From: Spirochaetales bacterium
Lineage (GTDB): Bacteria; Spirochaetota; Spirochaetia; JABEVK01
NCBI GenBank assembly: GCA_037142615.1
Contig: JBAXAI010000006.1
Span: forward strand, 85,118 to 149,117
Direction: 5' to 3'
DNA: 64,000 nucleotides
The notes below the pieces were generated by a model, which did no database searches, had not been told where the DNA came from, and saw only the letters and a list, made by a program, of their open reading frames with translations. Positions 19,372 to 28,625 of this stretch are shown here, piece after piece; the stretch's first letter is position 1, and each line of letters opens with the position of its first letter. The position numbers and the translations under genes were made by a program.

Positions 19372-20448
19372 TTAACCGACCAGGTATTTTCGCAGAATCA
19401 GCACGAGTTTGTCGTACCCGGCGTAAAAACCGCGCAGCGTGGCCAAGGTGGCCCCGTAGGTATCAAACTCGGGGATGGTCAGGCCGTCGGGCTCGTACGC
19501 CTGCCGGAACTCGGGGAACTTGTCGAGCAGCGCGGCCAAAAGCGCGGGCGGGACTTCGTCGTTCATCGTGGGCACAATGGCGATGTCGGACGCGTTGTAG
19601 TTCAGCTGCCACTGGTAGGGAATCGTGTGCAGCATGTCGCCGCCGATGAGTTGGGCCAAGTGGTGGCGGTTGCGGTACGCCGCACCCAGCAGTTTGGTGG
19701 TAAACCGGCGTTCCTGGTAAATTCCGTAGGCGCGTTTGATCACCGCCACGCCGCACCAGTCGAGCGCGGCCGGGTCGATCACCGTGCCTTTTTTGGCCGC
19801 GACGTCCTTGAGGTAGTCGTCGGTGCGGCCGCCCATGATAGTGCACACCGGGTTGATTCCCGCGGTGGTGAGGCCTTCGCTCTTGCGGCGCGCCAACCCG
19901 CGCTCCACCGCTTCGGCGACAGAGAGAGCCTGGGCCACCGTGAAACTCACCGTGGCGTTGATGCTGAAGCCGCGGTAGGTGACTTCCTCGATGGCTGCGA
20001 TGCCGGCGCTGGTGGCGGGCAGCTTGATCTGGATATTGGGGGCGAGCGTGCCAAAGTGCAGCGCCTGTTCCACCATCAGCGCGGTGCTGCGATGGAACTT
20101 GGTGTTCGTCTGGATCGAGATGCGTCCGTAGCCCTTGGCCGGGTCAAAAATCGGGAGCAGGGTGCGGGCCCCGTCGACGGCCAGGTGCTCAATCATCTTC
20201 CACGCCAGCTCGTCCTCGGTGGCGTGCGGAAACGCCTTCACCAGCTCGCGGATCACCGGGTCGTACTTGGGCAGTTCCTTTTCGAGCACCGCCTGCACGA
20301 TCAGCGGGTTGGTGGTGGCACCCACCGCGCCGTTTTCGAGGGCGTACGCCAGCTCGGTTTGTGAACAGGAATCCAGCCAGTATTGCGTGGGCGTGGTGGC
20401 CGCCATCTCATGGAGCTTGCTGCGATACGTCATGGTGCCCGGTTTCAC
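19372..20448 (-). CDS. Long-form transaldolase family protein
   Basis: YWLDS, GATTNP, IQIKLP (Schiff-base Lys), INATVSF, MGGR.DD, AAYR. Confidence 0.85.
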   Translation of the reverse strand: MKPGTMTYRSKLHEMAATTPTQYWLDSCSQTELAYALENGAVGATTNPLIVQAVLEKELPKYDPVIRELVKAFPHATEDELAWKMIEHLAVDGARTLLPIFDPAKGYGRISIQTNTKFHRSTALMVEQALHFGTLAPNIQIKLPATSAGIAAIEEVTYRGFSINATVSFTVAQALSVAEAVERGLARRKSEGLTTAGINPVCTIMGGRTDDYLKDVAAKKGTVIDPAALDWCGVAVIKRAYGIYQERRFTTKLLGAAYRNRHHLAQLIGGDMLHTIPYQWQLNYNASDIAIVPTMNDEVPPALLAALLDKFPEFRQAYEPDGLTIPEFDTYGATLATLRGFYAGYDKLVLILRKYLVG

Positions 20449-21128
20449 GGTGCCACCTTGGTCTCGTCCCAGGCTTTGCGGAACACCCCCAACCCATGAT
20501 CGGTGAACGGATGGTGCATCGCGTCCTGGTACACCTGCAGGCCGCAGGTGACGATGTCGGCTCCGGCGATGGCCGCTTCGGCGATCTGGCGTCCGTTGCG
20601 CAACGCCGCGACGATGATTTCGGTTTTGAAATGGTAGTTACGGTACATGGTGACGATGTCGCGCACGTAGTCGAGCCCCTCATCACCGCTGTTTTCCTTC
20701 CAGCCCACGAAGGGCGACACAAACAGCGCGCCGATCTTAGCGATGGGCAAGGCCTGCGACGGCGAAAAGACAAGCGTGACGTTGGTGCGGATGCCCTCTT
20801 TTTCCAGTTGGCGGGCGGCGATGATGCCTTGTTCGGTGCAGGGAATCTTGATCACAAAATGGGGCGACAGGGCGGCGATCTTGCGGCCTTCGGGAACCAT
20901 TTCGGCGGCCTTTTCGAGGTGCGGGTTGATCTCGACCGAGATGGGAAACTGCTTCAGACCGTCGAGCTTGAGCGAGGCCGCCCAGTCGCCCAGCTCACGG
21001 ATTACCGTCAGGAACGGCTTGCCGCTGGCCTGAATGTGGCGGGGGTTGGTCGTCACGCCGTCGATTCCCCAACTCTCGTAGGCATACCGGATCTCTTCAA
21101 TTTTGGCGCTGTCGAGAAAATACTTCAT
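20445..21128 (-). CDS. sqvA: 6-deoxy-6-sulfofructose transaldolase (SqvA/SftT)
   Basis: MKYFLDSA..EEIRYAYE.W.IDGVTTNPRHI..SGKPF, FPISVEINPHL, IKIPCTE, SPFVGWKENSG, FTD.GL..FRKAWD. TTNPRH and GWKE follow Bacillus SqvA as I recall it, not ordinary Tal/Fsa (TTNPSL, GR.DD). Confidence 0.88.
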   Translation of the reverse strand: MKYFLDSAKIEEIRYAYESWGIDGVTTNPRHIQASGKPFLTVIRELGDWAASLKLDGLKQFPISVEINPHLEKAAEMVPEGRKIAALSPHFVIKIPCTEQGIIAARQLEKEGIRTNVTLVFSPSQALPIAKIGALFVSPFVGWKENSGDEGLDYVRDIVTMYRNYHFKTEIIVAALRNGRQIAEAAIAGADIVTCGLQVYQDAMHHPFTDHGLGVFRKAWDETKVAP

Positions 21129-21142
21129 CGGGCCCTCCAGGG

Positions 21143-21196
21143 TATTTGATTAAATCATTTAATCAAATAATAGAGGGGCCTCGAAGGTTCTGTCAA
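21143..21196 (-). promoter_or_regulatory. Promoter of the sqvA-tal-sqvD-ROK2 operon with perfect palindromic operator B
   Basis: TATTTGATTAAAT-C-ATTTAATCAAATA (21143-21169), a perfect 13-bp inverted repeat, overlapping minus-strand TTGACA(21191-21196)-N18-TATTAT. Confidence 0.8.
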
Positions 21197-21289
21197 GAAG
21201 ATAACTGCGTGAGAGGTCCCTCAGACTCCTGAGGTCCGTTCTCACAAGCGCGTCTTTCTGCTATATTCGACTCCCCAGTGAGAACCCAT

Positions 21290-22471
21290 ATGAAACAAAA
21301 TGATTCCAGCCCCGCAGCGGAAGACTTCACCAGCCTGTACGAGAAGAGCTTCCTAGGCATGACCAAACTCCAACCCGGCCAACTGGTCGAGACCCAGGTT
21401 CTGTCGATTTCCAAGGACACCATCTTCTTGCAACTGAACGGCAAGAGCGAAGGCGTGCTACCCCGCGAAGAACTGACCGACAAGCAAGGTGAGTTGACCG
21501 TCAAGATCGGCGACGCGCTCAAGGTGTACTTTCTGAAGGCCGACAACGGCGAAATGTTGTTCACCACGCGCCTGACCGGCGAAACGGCGGGCCCCGACCT
21601 GCTCGAAAAGGCCTACCACGAAAAGATTCCCGTGGAAGGCGTGGTCGAAAAAGAAATCAAGGGCGGCTTTGAAGTCAAAATCGGCGACACGCGGGCCTTT
21701 TGCCCCTACTCGCAAATGGGCGACAAGCGCTCCGACAACGCCGCCGAATACGTGGGCAAACGCCTGACTTTCCGCATCCAGGAATACAAAGAAAAGGGCC
21801 GCAATATTCTGGTGTCGAACCGGGTCTTCCACGAAGAGGCCCGCCAAGACCAACTCGCTTCGCTGAAGACCACCCTCAAAGAGGGCCAGATCATCAAGGG
21901 CGCCATCCAGTCCGTGCAGGACTTCGGCGCGTTTATCGACTTGGGTGGCGTTCAAGCCCTGTTGCCCGTTTCCGAAATCGGCCGTGCACGCGTCGATGAC
22001 ATCCGCGCCGTCTTGTCGGTCGGTCAGGAGATCGAGGCTTCCATCCTCAAAATCGACTGGCACAACGAAAGGATCACGCTGAGCATGAAGAGCCTGGCGG
22101 CTGACCCGTGGGAAAAAGCGGTGGAAAAGTACCCTGCGGGGTCAAAACACGCCGGGCGAGTGGCCCGTGTGACCGACTTTGGCGCCTTTGTCTCGCTCGA
22201 ACCCGGCCTCGATGGCTTGGTACACATTTCGGAGTTTCGAACCGAAGGCAAGTACGGCCGCGAGGGTCAACTGTCTGGCAAGAGCGATATCCCGGTCAAG
22301 GTAGGGCAAACTCTTTCCGTGCAAGTGCTTACGGTGGATCGCGCTAACCGGCGGATTTCACTCAAGCAGGCCACCAGCCGCGAAGAGGACGAAACCTCGG
22401 CCAAGTACCTGGGGAACGCGGGCGACAGCGACACCTACAATCCCTTCGCCAACCTGCTGAAAAAAAAGTAG
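21290..22471 (+). CDS. rpsA: 30S ribosomal protein S1 (short, four S1 domains)
   Basis: KSEG, KGGFEV...AFCP.SQ, DFGAFIDLGGVQALL..SE, DFGAFVSLEPGLDGLVHISE, YNPFA.LLK. Confidence 0.85.
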   Translation: MKQNDSSPAAEDFTSLYEKSFLGMTKLQPGQLVETQVLSISKDTIFLQLNGKSEGVLPREELTDKQGELTVKIGDALKVYFLKADNGEMLFTTRLTGETAGPDLLEKAYHEKIPVEGVVEKEIKGGFEVKIGDTRAFCPYSQMGDKRSDNAAEYVGKRLTFRIQEYKEKGRNILVSNRVFHEEARQDQLASLKTTLKEGQIIKGAIQSVQDFGAFIDLGGVQALLPVSEIGRARVDDIRAVLSVGQEIEASILKIDWHNERITLSMKSLAADPWEKAVEKYPAGSKHAGRVARVTDFGAFVSLEPGLDGLVHISEFRTEGKYGREGQLSGKSDIPVKVGQTLSVQVLTVDRANRRISLKQATSREEDETSAKYLGNAGDSDTYNPFANLLKKK

Positions 22472-22541
22472 CTCGGCACCTCCGGTAACCTTCTCTTGAA
22501 ATTGGCACGCTTTGGGCCAATGCTGGAGTGGGAGACCGCCG

Positions 22542-24251
22542 GTGAGTCGTTTACGCTTTCAAGACCTTTCTCTTTCCACGAAAATCATGAGCCTCAGCTT
22601 GCTGTGGGCTGCGGCGCTGGCGCTGCTCGCGCTGTCGTTGCTGGTGCCTACGCTGCGAAGCCTGTTGCTCGACGAGAAAAAGGCCCAGCTGCGCAGTGTC
22701 ACCGAGGTGATTTCTCACATTGTCGCGGAATATCGGGACATGGCCGCCAAGGAACAGATGGACGTCGAGTCGGCCCAGCGGGCCGCGATTGACCGTATCC
22801 GCTCGAGCCGGTACGCCGCGGGCGTGGGGTACTTTTTCGTTACCGACATCGGCAAGCCCTTCCCTTCCATGATCCTGCATCCCATCACGCCCGCCCTTGA
22901 GCATCAAGTTCTCAGCGATCCGAAGTACAACACCGCTGGCGGCCAGAATGTGTTCCAGAAGTTTGTTCAGGTCGCCCTCGCTGACGACCAAGGGTTCGTC
23001 GAGTACCTGTGGCCCAAACCGACGGCAAACGGTCTCAGCTCGCAGCAACCCAAGCTTTCGTACGTGCAGTTGATCAAGGATTGGAACTGGGTACTTGGCA
23101 CGGGAGTGTACATCGACGAGCTCGATTCCCAGCTTGGACAGGTCACCGGCGCCATCTTCGTGGCCCTCGGCGCGCTCTGCATCGCCCTCTTGCTCTTGTC
23201 GTTTGGCATTGGCCGCGGGCTGGGTAAACGGTTGCGCGTCGTGGTGTTCGAAGCCGACCAGATCGGCCTGGGCGTACTAGGCAGCGCCCGCGCCCACGAT
23301 GGCGCCCGCGACGAGGTCGGGCAGCTTTCCGCCAGTTTTGAGCGCATGGCCGAACAACTTCGAACCAAAGAAGCCTATCTGGAGACCCTCGCGTCGAAAG
23401 ACCTTTCGGTGGACGCACCGCTTTCCTCACCAGACGACCGGCTTGGCCTGGCGTTGACCACGCTGACCGAAAGCTTCCGTGAGCTGTTCGTTTCGTTCGT
23501 GGAGGCCTCAGACCGCGTAAATGTCGAGGCCGACCAGCTTTCCGTTTCGTCTTCCACACTCTCGAAGCAGGCCGCCGACCAATCGTCGTCACTGGAGGAG
23601 ATGGGGGCTGCCGTTGAGTCGTTGACTCAGCAATCGCGGCGGACCTCGCACGATTCGCTCGAGGTGACCCGCTTGACCGCCGAGAACGCGCAGAGTGCCT
23701 CCCGGGGGCAGGAAGCTCTTGAACGCTTGGTGGGAGCGATCCGTGCCGTGAACGTGTCGGCTCAAAAAATCTCACAGATTAACAAGCTGGTTGACGACAT
23801 TGCCTTTCAGACCAACCTGCTGGCGCTCAACGCCAACGTCGAGGCTGCCCGAGCGGGCAAATACGGTCGCGGGTTCTCGGTCGTGGCGCAGGAAGTCCGC
23901 AGTTTGGCCAACCGCACGGCGGTATCGGCGCAAGAAAGTTCCGAAGTGATCGGCGGAACGCTGGCTAGCCTTGGTGAAATCAGCACCCTGGCACAGGCCG
24001 CCACCTCCGCCCTGGGAGATATTCACAGTGGCGTCGAGGCCGTGCGGGCCTTGGCCGCCGGGGTGTCGTCGGCGAGCCAGAACCAGTCCACCAGTTTGGA
24101 ACAGGTTTCCGAGGCTCTGGCGCAGATTGAGCGGACGACCCTGGGCCTCACCAACAACTCGCAGGAGGGAGAGGTGGCCTCGGCCGAGCTCAACGCCCAA
24201 GCCCGCCACTTGCAGCATTTGATCCGGCAATTCCAGTTGCCAGACCGTTAG
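22542..24251 (+). CDS. Methyl-accepting chemotaxis protein with Cache_2 sensor and HAMP domain
   Basis: TM1, [39 protein letters not shown]2, [27 protein letters not shown]. Confidence 0.92.
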   Translation: MSRLRFQDLSLSTKIMSLSLLWAAALALLALSLLVPTLRSLLLDEKKAQLRSVTEVISHIVAEYRDMAAKEQMDVESAQRAAIDRIRSSRYAAGVGYFFVTDIGKPFPSMILHPITPALEHQVLSDPKYNTAGGQNVFQKFVQVALADDQGFVEYLWPKPTANGLSSQQPKLSYVQLIKDWNWVLGTGVYIDELDSQLGQVTGAIFVALGALCIALLLLSFGIGRGLGKRLRVVVFEADQIGLGVLGSARAHDGARDEVGQLSASFERMAEQLRTKEAYLETLASKDLSVDAPLSSPDDRLGLALTTLTESFRELFVSFVEASDRVNVEADQLSVSSSTLSKQAADQSSSLEEMGAAVESLTQQSRRTSHDSLEVTRLTAENAQSASRGQEALERLVGAIRAVNVSAQKISQINKLVDDIAFQTNLLALNANVEAARAGKYGRGFSVVAQEVRSLANRTAVSAQESSEVIGGTLASLGEISTLAQAATSALGDIHSGVEAVRALAAGVSSASQNQSTSLEQVSEALAQIERTTLGLTNNSQEGEVASAELNAQARHLQHLIRQFQLPDR

Positions 24252-24537
24252 GAGCCTGTCGGACTTAGGGTTTCGGATCCATTCGGAGCGAATTTCGAGG
24301 ATGATTTTGGATCGGAAAGAGCCTCGAATCGAGATTCGGGGCGACTGACGGGCCGGAATCAGACCGAAAGACGCCCGAATGGACCGAAAGACCTTTGGAC
24401 GCCGGGTTTTGGACGAGCCCCTGGGGGTCGGCTGGGCCTCTTCGGTCGCACCATAACGGATTATGGCACTCGCTCAGAGGCCCAGCCGGCCCCCAGCTCC
24501 TTCGCCCAAAACCCGGCCCCTAAGTCCGACAGGCTCC
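24251..24537. mobile_element. MITE (non-autonomous element, probably IS5-family-related), 287 bp
   Basis: Perfect 20-bp terminal inverted repeats GGAGCCTGTCGGACTTAGGG / CCCTAAGTCCGACAGGCTCC, flanked by TA on both sides. No ORF; two long internal hairpins. Confidence 0.8.
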
Positions 24538-26555
24538 TAGGCGTTCAGCAATTCCCGCAGTTGGCTCAACAGGAGCGGCTTTCGAAGCAGCTTGGTGTGG
24601 GGGGTCGACGCCACCAAATCAAGAACGCTTTGGTCGGCCAGGCCGGTTGAAATGATCACCGGCAGGTGCGGGCGCTGTTTCCGCAACTGCACCAAGGTGG
24701 CCGCTCCGCTGAGTTTGGGCATGTTCATGTCGAGCAGAACCAAGTCAAACAGCTCGCCGCGTCCGAGCCGGTCCAAGGCAAGCAGTCCGTCGGAAGCTTC
24801 CTCCACGTGAAAGCCGAGGGTCTCGAGTAGCTCCCGCAAGTTTTCGCGCACGAGGTCGTCGTCATCGACGAGGAGAATCCGACGCCCGGAAGGGCCGACG
24901 GTAACCTCTGCGTGGAATTTTGTCGGGGCAACCGAGGCTCCCGCCGCCGGAAAACTCATTCGCACGGTCGTACCATGACCGACTTCGCTGTCTATCTCGA
25001 GGTGCCCACCGTGGGACTCCACGACGCGAAGCGCCAAAGCCAAACCAAGACCCGTGCCTGCGTGAGGCGCCTTGGTGGTGAAAAAAGGCTCGAGCGCGTG
25101 GGCCCTGACGTCGGGATCCATGCCCTCGCCGTTGTCGGTGACTTCGATCACGACTCTCGTCGCGTTCTGGCGCGAAGTGATCAACAGCACGGATTCGCGG
25201 CTCGTGTTCTTCATGGAATCGAGGGCGTTGAGGCACAGGTTCATCAGCACGTGACCGAGGCTCTCGACCTCACCGTCGATAGCTTCCAGATTGGGGTCGA
25301 GCTCCACCCGAAAGCTCACCCGCGAAAGGGTGGTGTACCGAAGCAGTTCGAGGTGCTCGGTGATAACCTGGTTCCAGGCGACTGCTTGGGTCAGGCCCGG
25401 CTTCTTGCGGACAAAGTTGAGCAGACCGGTGGTCAGGGCCCCGCCGCGCTCAACGGCCTTCTCAATCGTGGTCAACGCCTTGAGGCTGGGATCTCCGGGA
25501 CTGAGTTGCAGCACTTGTCGGCTGGCAACGGTACCGATGGCCGACAACACGTTGTTGACATCGTGGGCGACGCCGCTGGCCAGTTGTCCCAAGCTTTCCA
25601 GCTTCTGCGACTGCTGGTACAGGACTTCGAGCTCGCGTAGTCCTTTTTCGGTGGCCCTGCGGGCCGAAACGTCTTCCATCACTCCAACAAGAACCAACTT
25701 TTCGTCGCTGACTCGAACGCTGGTAATCGACAGCGAGTTCCAGAACGGCGTCCCGTCGCGCCGGTAGTTGAGAAGTTCGCATCGCATGGCGCCGCAAGCA
25801 GCCACTTGCGAACGAAGTCTGGCCACCTCGACCTGGTCAGTGCCCGGGCCCTGCAAAAGGCGCAGGTTCTTGCCGAGGATTTCGTCGGCGCTCCAACCAG
25901 AAAGGGTTGTGAAGGCCTCATTCACAGACAGCACGTCGCCCAGCAACGTAGTGGTGACAACCCCAATGGCAAGGGACTCCAGCGCCAGGTGGCTGATCTC
26001 CAGGTCGTCGTAGTGCCGGGTTCGGCGAATTGACACCGTGTAGATTTCCGCCAGGACCTTCAGGATGTCCAGATCGTCGTCCGTGAACGGCACCGGAGAG
26101 TTCGCCAAACCGATCAGTCCGACAGCCCGGCCGTTGTCGAGCGCCGGGGCTGCCAGGAACGAGCGGATAGCGACGTGCCCGGGAGGAACTCCGGTCGACG
26201 CGGGGTGGTGCGGCGCGTCGTTGGTATAGAACGCCTGAAGTGTGTTGAGGGCATGGCCCAGCAAAGCGGGATAGCGGCCCTGTTGATTCCTGTGGAACAC
26301 TATTCGCCGATCCGACTCGGCCAACGAGGGCATGGTGGCGAACGCGTCGAGGTGGGTGTGCGAGATCAACGTGCCGGTGGCAGGGTCGACAGTAGACACA
26401 AAAGCCAGCGTGGCTCCGGTACTTTCTATCGCCACGGTCCGGATCAGCCGAGCGAGGTCCAACAAGTCCAAGTCCGGCTGAAGGAGGCCTTGAAGCTGCG
26501 CTGTGGAGAGGGGAGCCCTTCTTGGCGGACTGGAGGTGCTTTTCATCGAATCCAC
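24537..26555 (-). CDS. GAF-PAS hybrid histidine kinase/response regulator
   Basis: GAF (GVPPGH.AIRSFL), PAS (NLRLLQG, NYRRDGTPFWN), AHDVNN, NLCLNA, DNGEG, PFFTTK, REC LLDMNMP. Confidence 0.92.
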   Translation of the reverse strand: MDSMKSTSSPPRRAPLSTAQLQGLLQPDLDLLDLARLIRTVAIESTGATLAFVSTVDPATGTLISHTHLDAFATMPSLAESDRRIVFHRNQQGRYPALLGHALNTLQAFYTNDAPHHPASTGVPPGHVAIRSFLAAPALDNGRAVGLIGLANSPVPFTDDDLDILKVLAEIYTVSIRRTRHYDDLEISHLALESLAIGVVTTTLLGDVLSVNEAFTTLSGWSADEILGKNLRLLQGPGTDQVEVARLRSQVAACGAMRCELLNYRRDGTPFWNSLSITSVRVSDEKLVLVGVMEDVSARRATEKGLRELEVLYQQSQKLESLGQLASGVAHDVNNVLSAIGTVASRQVLQLSPGDPSLKALTTIEKAVERGGALTTGLLNFVRKKPGLTQAVAWNQVITEHLELLRYTTLSRVSFRVELDPNLEAIDGEVESLGHVLMNLCLNALDSMKNTSRESVLLITSRQNATRVVIEVTDNGEGMDPDVRAHALEPFFTTKAPHAGTGLGLALALRVVESHGGHLEIDSEVGHGTTVRMSFPAAGASVAPTKFHAEVTVGPSGRRILLVDDDDLVRENLRELLETLGFHVEEASDGLLALDRLGRGELFDLVLLDMNMPKLSGAATLVQLRKQRPHLPVIISTGLADQSVLDLVASTPHTKLLRKPLLLSQLRELLNA

Positions 26556-26562
26556 GTGGTCC

Positions 26563-26591
26563 AGACTACTTCAATACGTCCATTATGTCAA
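26563..26591 (-). promoter_or_regulatory. Promoter of the hybrid kinase gene (probably leaderless)
   Basis: Minus strand TTGACA-N17-TAGTCT, 7 nt before the GTG at 26555. Confidence 0.6.
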
Positions 26592-26624
26592 GTCTCTTGA
26601 CAACCTCTGTTCGGGCTCCCAAAG

Positions 26625-27857
26625 CTAGAACGCGTATTTGAACGTCGCCTCGACGACGCTATTGTTGTTCCACGAGCCCCAGGTCACCGCCGTGTCGCCA
26701 AGAAAGGCGAACCCGGCCAGCGTGGCGCTCAAGCCGTCCGCCACGGTGTAGGTGAGCTGTGGCGACACCATGCCGGCCCCGTCGAAGTCCCACGCGCTAA
26801 CCGCCTTCCAGGACCAACGGCTGTCGGGAGCAGCACTCAGCGCAAGCACGGCCTTCGCCTTCGCGGTGCCCTCGTACCCGGCGGTGTTGGTCCAGTCGAC
26901 GACGCCCTCGGCGATGGCCTTCACGCCAATGACCGGCAGGGTGTACTCGAGCGAGGCAACCCCCTGCGCTGTGGCGTCACCAGCCACCGGGTTCTGAGGG
27001 TCGGTATCGCGCCAAAGCCGACCTGCGGCCTCCGTTCGCAGCACAAGCCCTTCCAGAGCGACCACGGCGTCGGCACCCGCCAGCAGGAAACGGTCGTAGT
27101 CAAGTGTCGAAGTGGCCTTCATCTGCCCGGGAGTGCCCGCCGAGGCCAGCGTGACCGTGGCGCGAGGCAGGGGGTTGCGTCCCTGGTAGAACGTGACCCC
27201 GAAGTCGACACCCTGGAACACGTCGAGACTGGCCCCGGCGCGCCCACCCCACGCCAGGTTGTCCCAGATCAGCGCGGGCACCTGGTCGACCAGGGTGCGG
27301 CTGACAATGGTCACGCCGGTGGGGGGCGTCAGCGTCGTAGCCGGTTGCCACCGGGCCTCGGGAACAACGCCCTTTGCGAACGCCGGCACCAACACCAGGT
27401 CGAGCGAGAGTCCTGACCCAGTCAGAAGCACCCTTCCCGACGGCACGGGAATCTTCACCGAGTCCAGGGGGTGGCTCATGTCGCGCGGGTTCACCACGTC
27501 GAGAGGTGTGAACACGTCGGTGACACCCCAAGCGATGGTCTGGTTTCCCACCGAAACGTCGGCCGGCCCCAGATACGCCTTGACCCACGCGTCGGCCAAA
27601 GCGAACGAGGTTTGTCCCCCGGGGAGAAGCTTGGCTTGAAAACCGATGGAGTACTGACCGGCCGGAGCCTCGGCCGCACCGACGTTTCCGGCCACTTTGG
27701 CGTCGAATTGGGGGCCCGCCGCCGCAAGGTCGCTGGAGTTGTAGAACCAACCCCAGCCCGACTGCAGAGTGCCCGAAAAGGTCTGGGCGGAACTAGGCAA
27801 AAGGGCACCCAGCAGCAAGACTGCGGCAAGGGCCCGGCGAAGGTGTGTGCGTGTCAT
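26625..27857 (-). CDS. Outer-membrane beta-barrel protein (DUF1302/TP0788-like)
   Basis: Signal peptide, VGNQTIAWG.TDVFTPLDVVNPRD, terminal KYAF. Confidence 0.75.
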   Translation of the reverse strand: MTRTHLRRALAAVLLLGALLPSSAQTFSGTLQSGWGWFYNSSDLAAAGPQFDAKVAGNVGAAEAPAGQYSIGFQAKLLPGGQTSFALADAWVKAYLGPADVSVGNQTIAWGVTDVFTPLDVVNPRDMSHPLDSVKIPVPSGRVLLTGSGLSLDLVLVPAFAKGVVPEARWQPATTLTPPTGVTIVSRTLVDQVPALIWDNLAWGGRAGASLDVFQGVDFGVTFYQGRNPLPRATVTLASAGTPGQMKATSTLDYDRFLLAGADAVVALEGLVLRTEAAGRLWRDTDPQNPVAGDATAQGVASLEYTLPVIGVKAIAEGVVDWTNTAGYEGTAKAKAVLALSAAPDSRWSWKAVSAWDFDGAGMVSPQLTYTVADGLSATLAGFAFLGDTAVTWGSWNNNSVVEATFKYAF

Positions 27858-27866
27858 TTCGGCCTC

Positions 27867-28625
27867 CTACTGCTTCAAGAACCGCTCAGTGAACGTCGCA
27901 TCGCTCACGTCCTGGTCTACCTTCTGGTCGCTGACCTTGAGCTCGGTCTTGGAGCCGCTGGTCGAAGTCATCACGATGAGCGAAGGGAGCAAGTAGGCGC
28001 CCACCTTTTCAAGCGTGAGCACCTGCGCCTTGGCGAGTTTGCCCGCCTTGTAGTACTCGATCTTTCGCGCGGCGAAGTCACCCAAGTCGAGCGAGTACAC
28101 CAGCCTTTCGTAGCCCATCTCTTTTTTCGGCTTGGCTTCGATAGTGGCCGTGTTGTTGGCCGTGCTCAGCAGAGTGTAAGTGAAGTCGGCCTCGACGAAC
28201 CCGCTGATGTCGCGGTTGGTGAAGTCGGACCCGAAGAACGCCGAATCCTGATCCGAAGCCCCCGAACCGAGGCGGCGGACCTTGCCCAGCGCGGGCAGCC
28301 ACAGTTGGCTCTCGGTAGAGCCGTCGACCTTCTTCGAGGTGAGGAAGCCCGAGCCCTTGATGTCGCCGGGGGCCAGGAACTTGACGACCCGGCGTTCCAC
28401 CTCGCCCTTGGCGTTGTCGCCCGTGCCCCAGTTCATCATGGTGCGGGTCAGCGAGGCGCCGTTCTTGGTGATGGTCATCACCATGGTGGTGATCTCGGTT
28501 TTGGGTTTGGTTCGGTGGAAGTACTTGGCCATCAACTCGGCCCCCGAAAGGTCTTGCGCGGCGGCGGGCAACAGGCACGCGAGTGCGACGGCCGCCAAAC
28601 TGATTCTGAAAATGAACTTAAGCAT
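27867..28625 (-). CDS. Outer-membrane lipoprotein-sorting (LolA-like/TP0789-like) protein
   Basis: F.AP.DIKG.GFL, QLWLPALGKVRR, FFGSDFT..D, FTERFL. Confidence 0.85.
   Translation of the reverse strand: MLKFIFRISLAAVALACLLPAAAQDLSGAELMAKYFHRTKPKTEITTMVMTITKNGASLTRTMMNWGTGDNAKGEVERRVVKFLAPGDIKGSGFLTSKKVDGSTESQLWLPALGKVRRLGSGASDQDSAFFGSDFTNRDISGFVEADFTYTLLSTANNTATIEAKPKKEMGYERLVYSLDLGDFAARKIEYYKAGKLAKAQVLTLEKVGAYLLPSLIVMTSTSGSKTELKVSDQKVDQDVSDATFTERFLKQ

Noticed and set aside
20445-21128. Housekeeping transaldolase or fructose-6-phosphate aldolase
   Set aside because: The TTNPRH and GWKE motifs and the adjacent SQ isomerase fit SqvA/SftT
5520-21128. Sulfo-EMP, sulfo-ED or SQ monooxygenase pathway
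   Set aside because: No sulfofructose kinase, aldolase, SQ dehydrogenase, dehydratase or monooxygenase is present in the window
25690-25880. PAS domain as a LOV photoreceptor
   Set aside because: It reads GKNLRLLQG, lacking the photoactive Cys of GRNCRFLQG
26586-26602. TGTCAAG-TCT-CTTGACA palindrome as a mobile-element end
   Set aside because: No partner repeat; it overlaps the -35 box of the kinase promoter, so at most it is an operator
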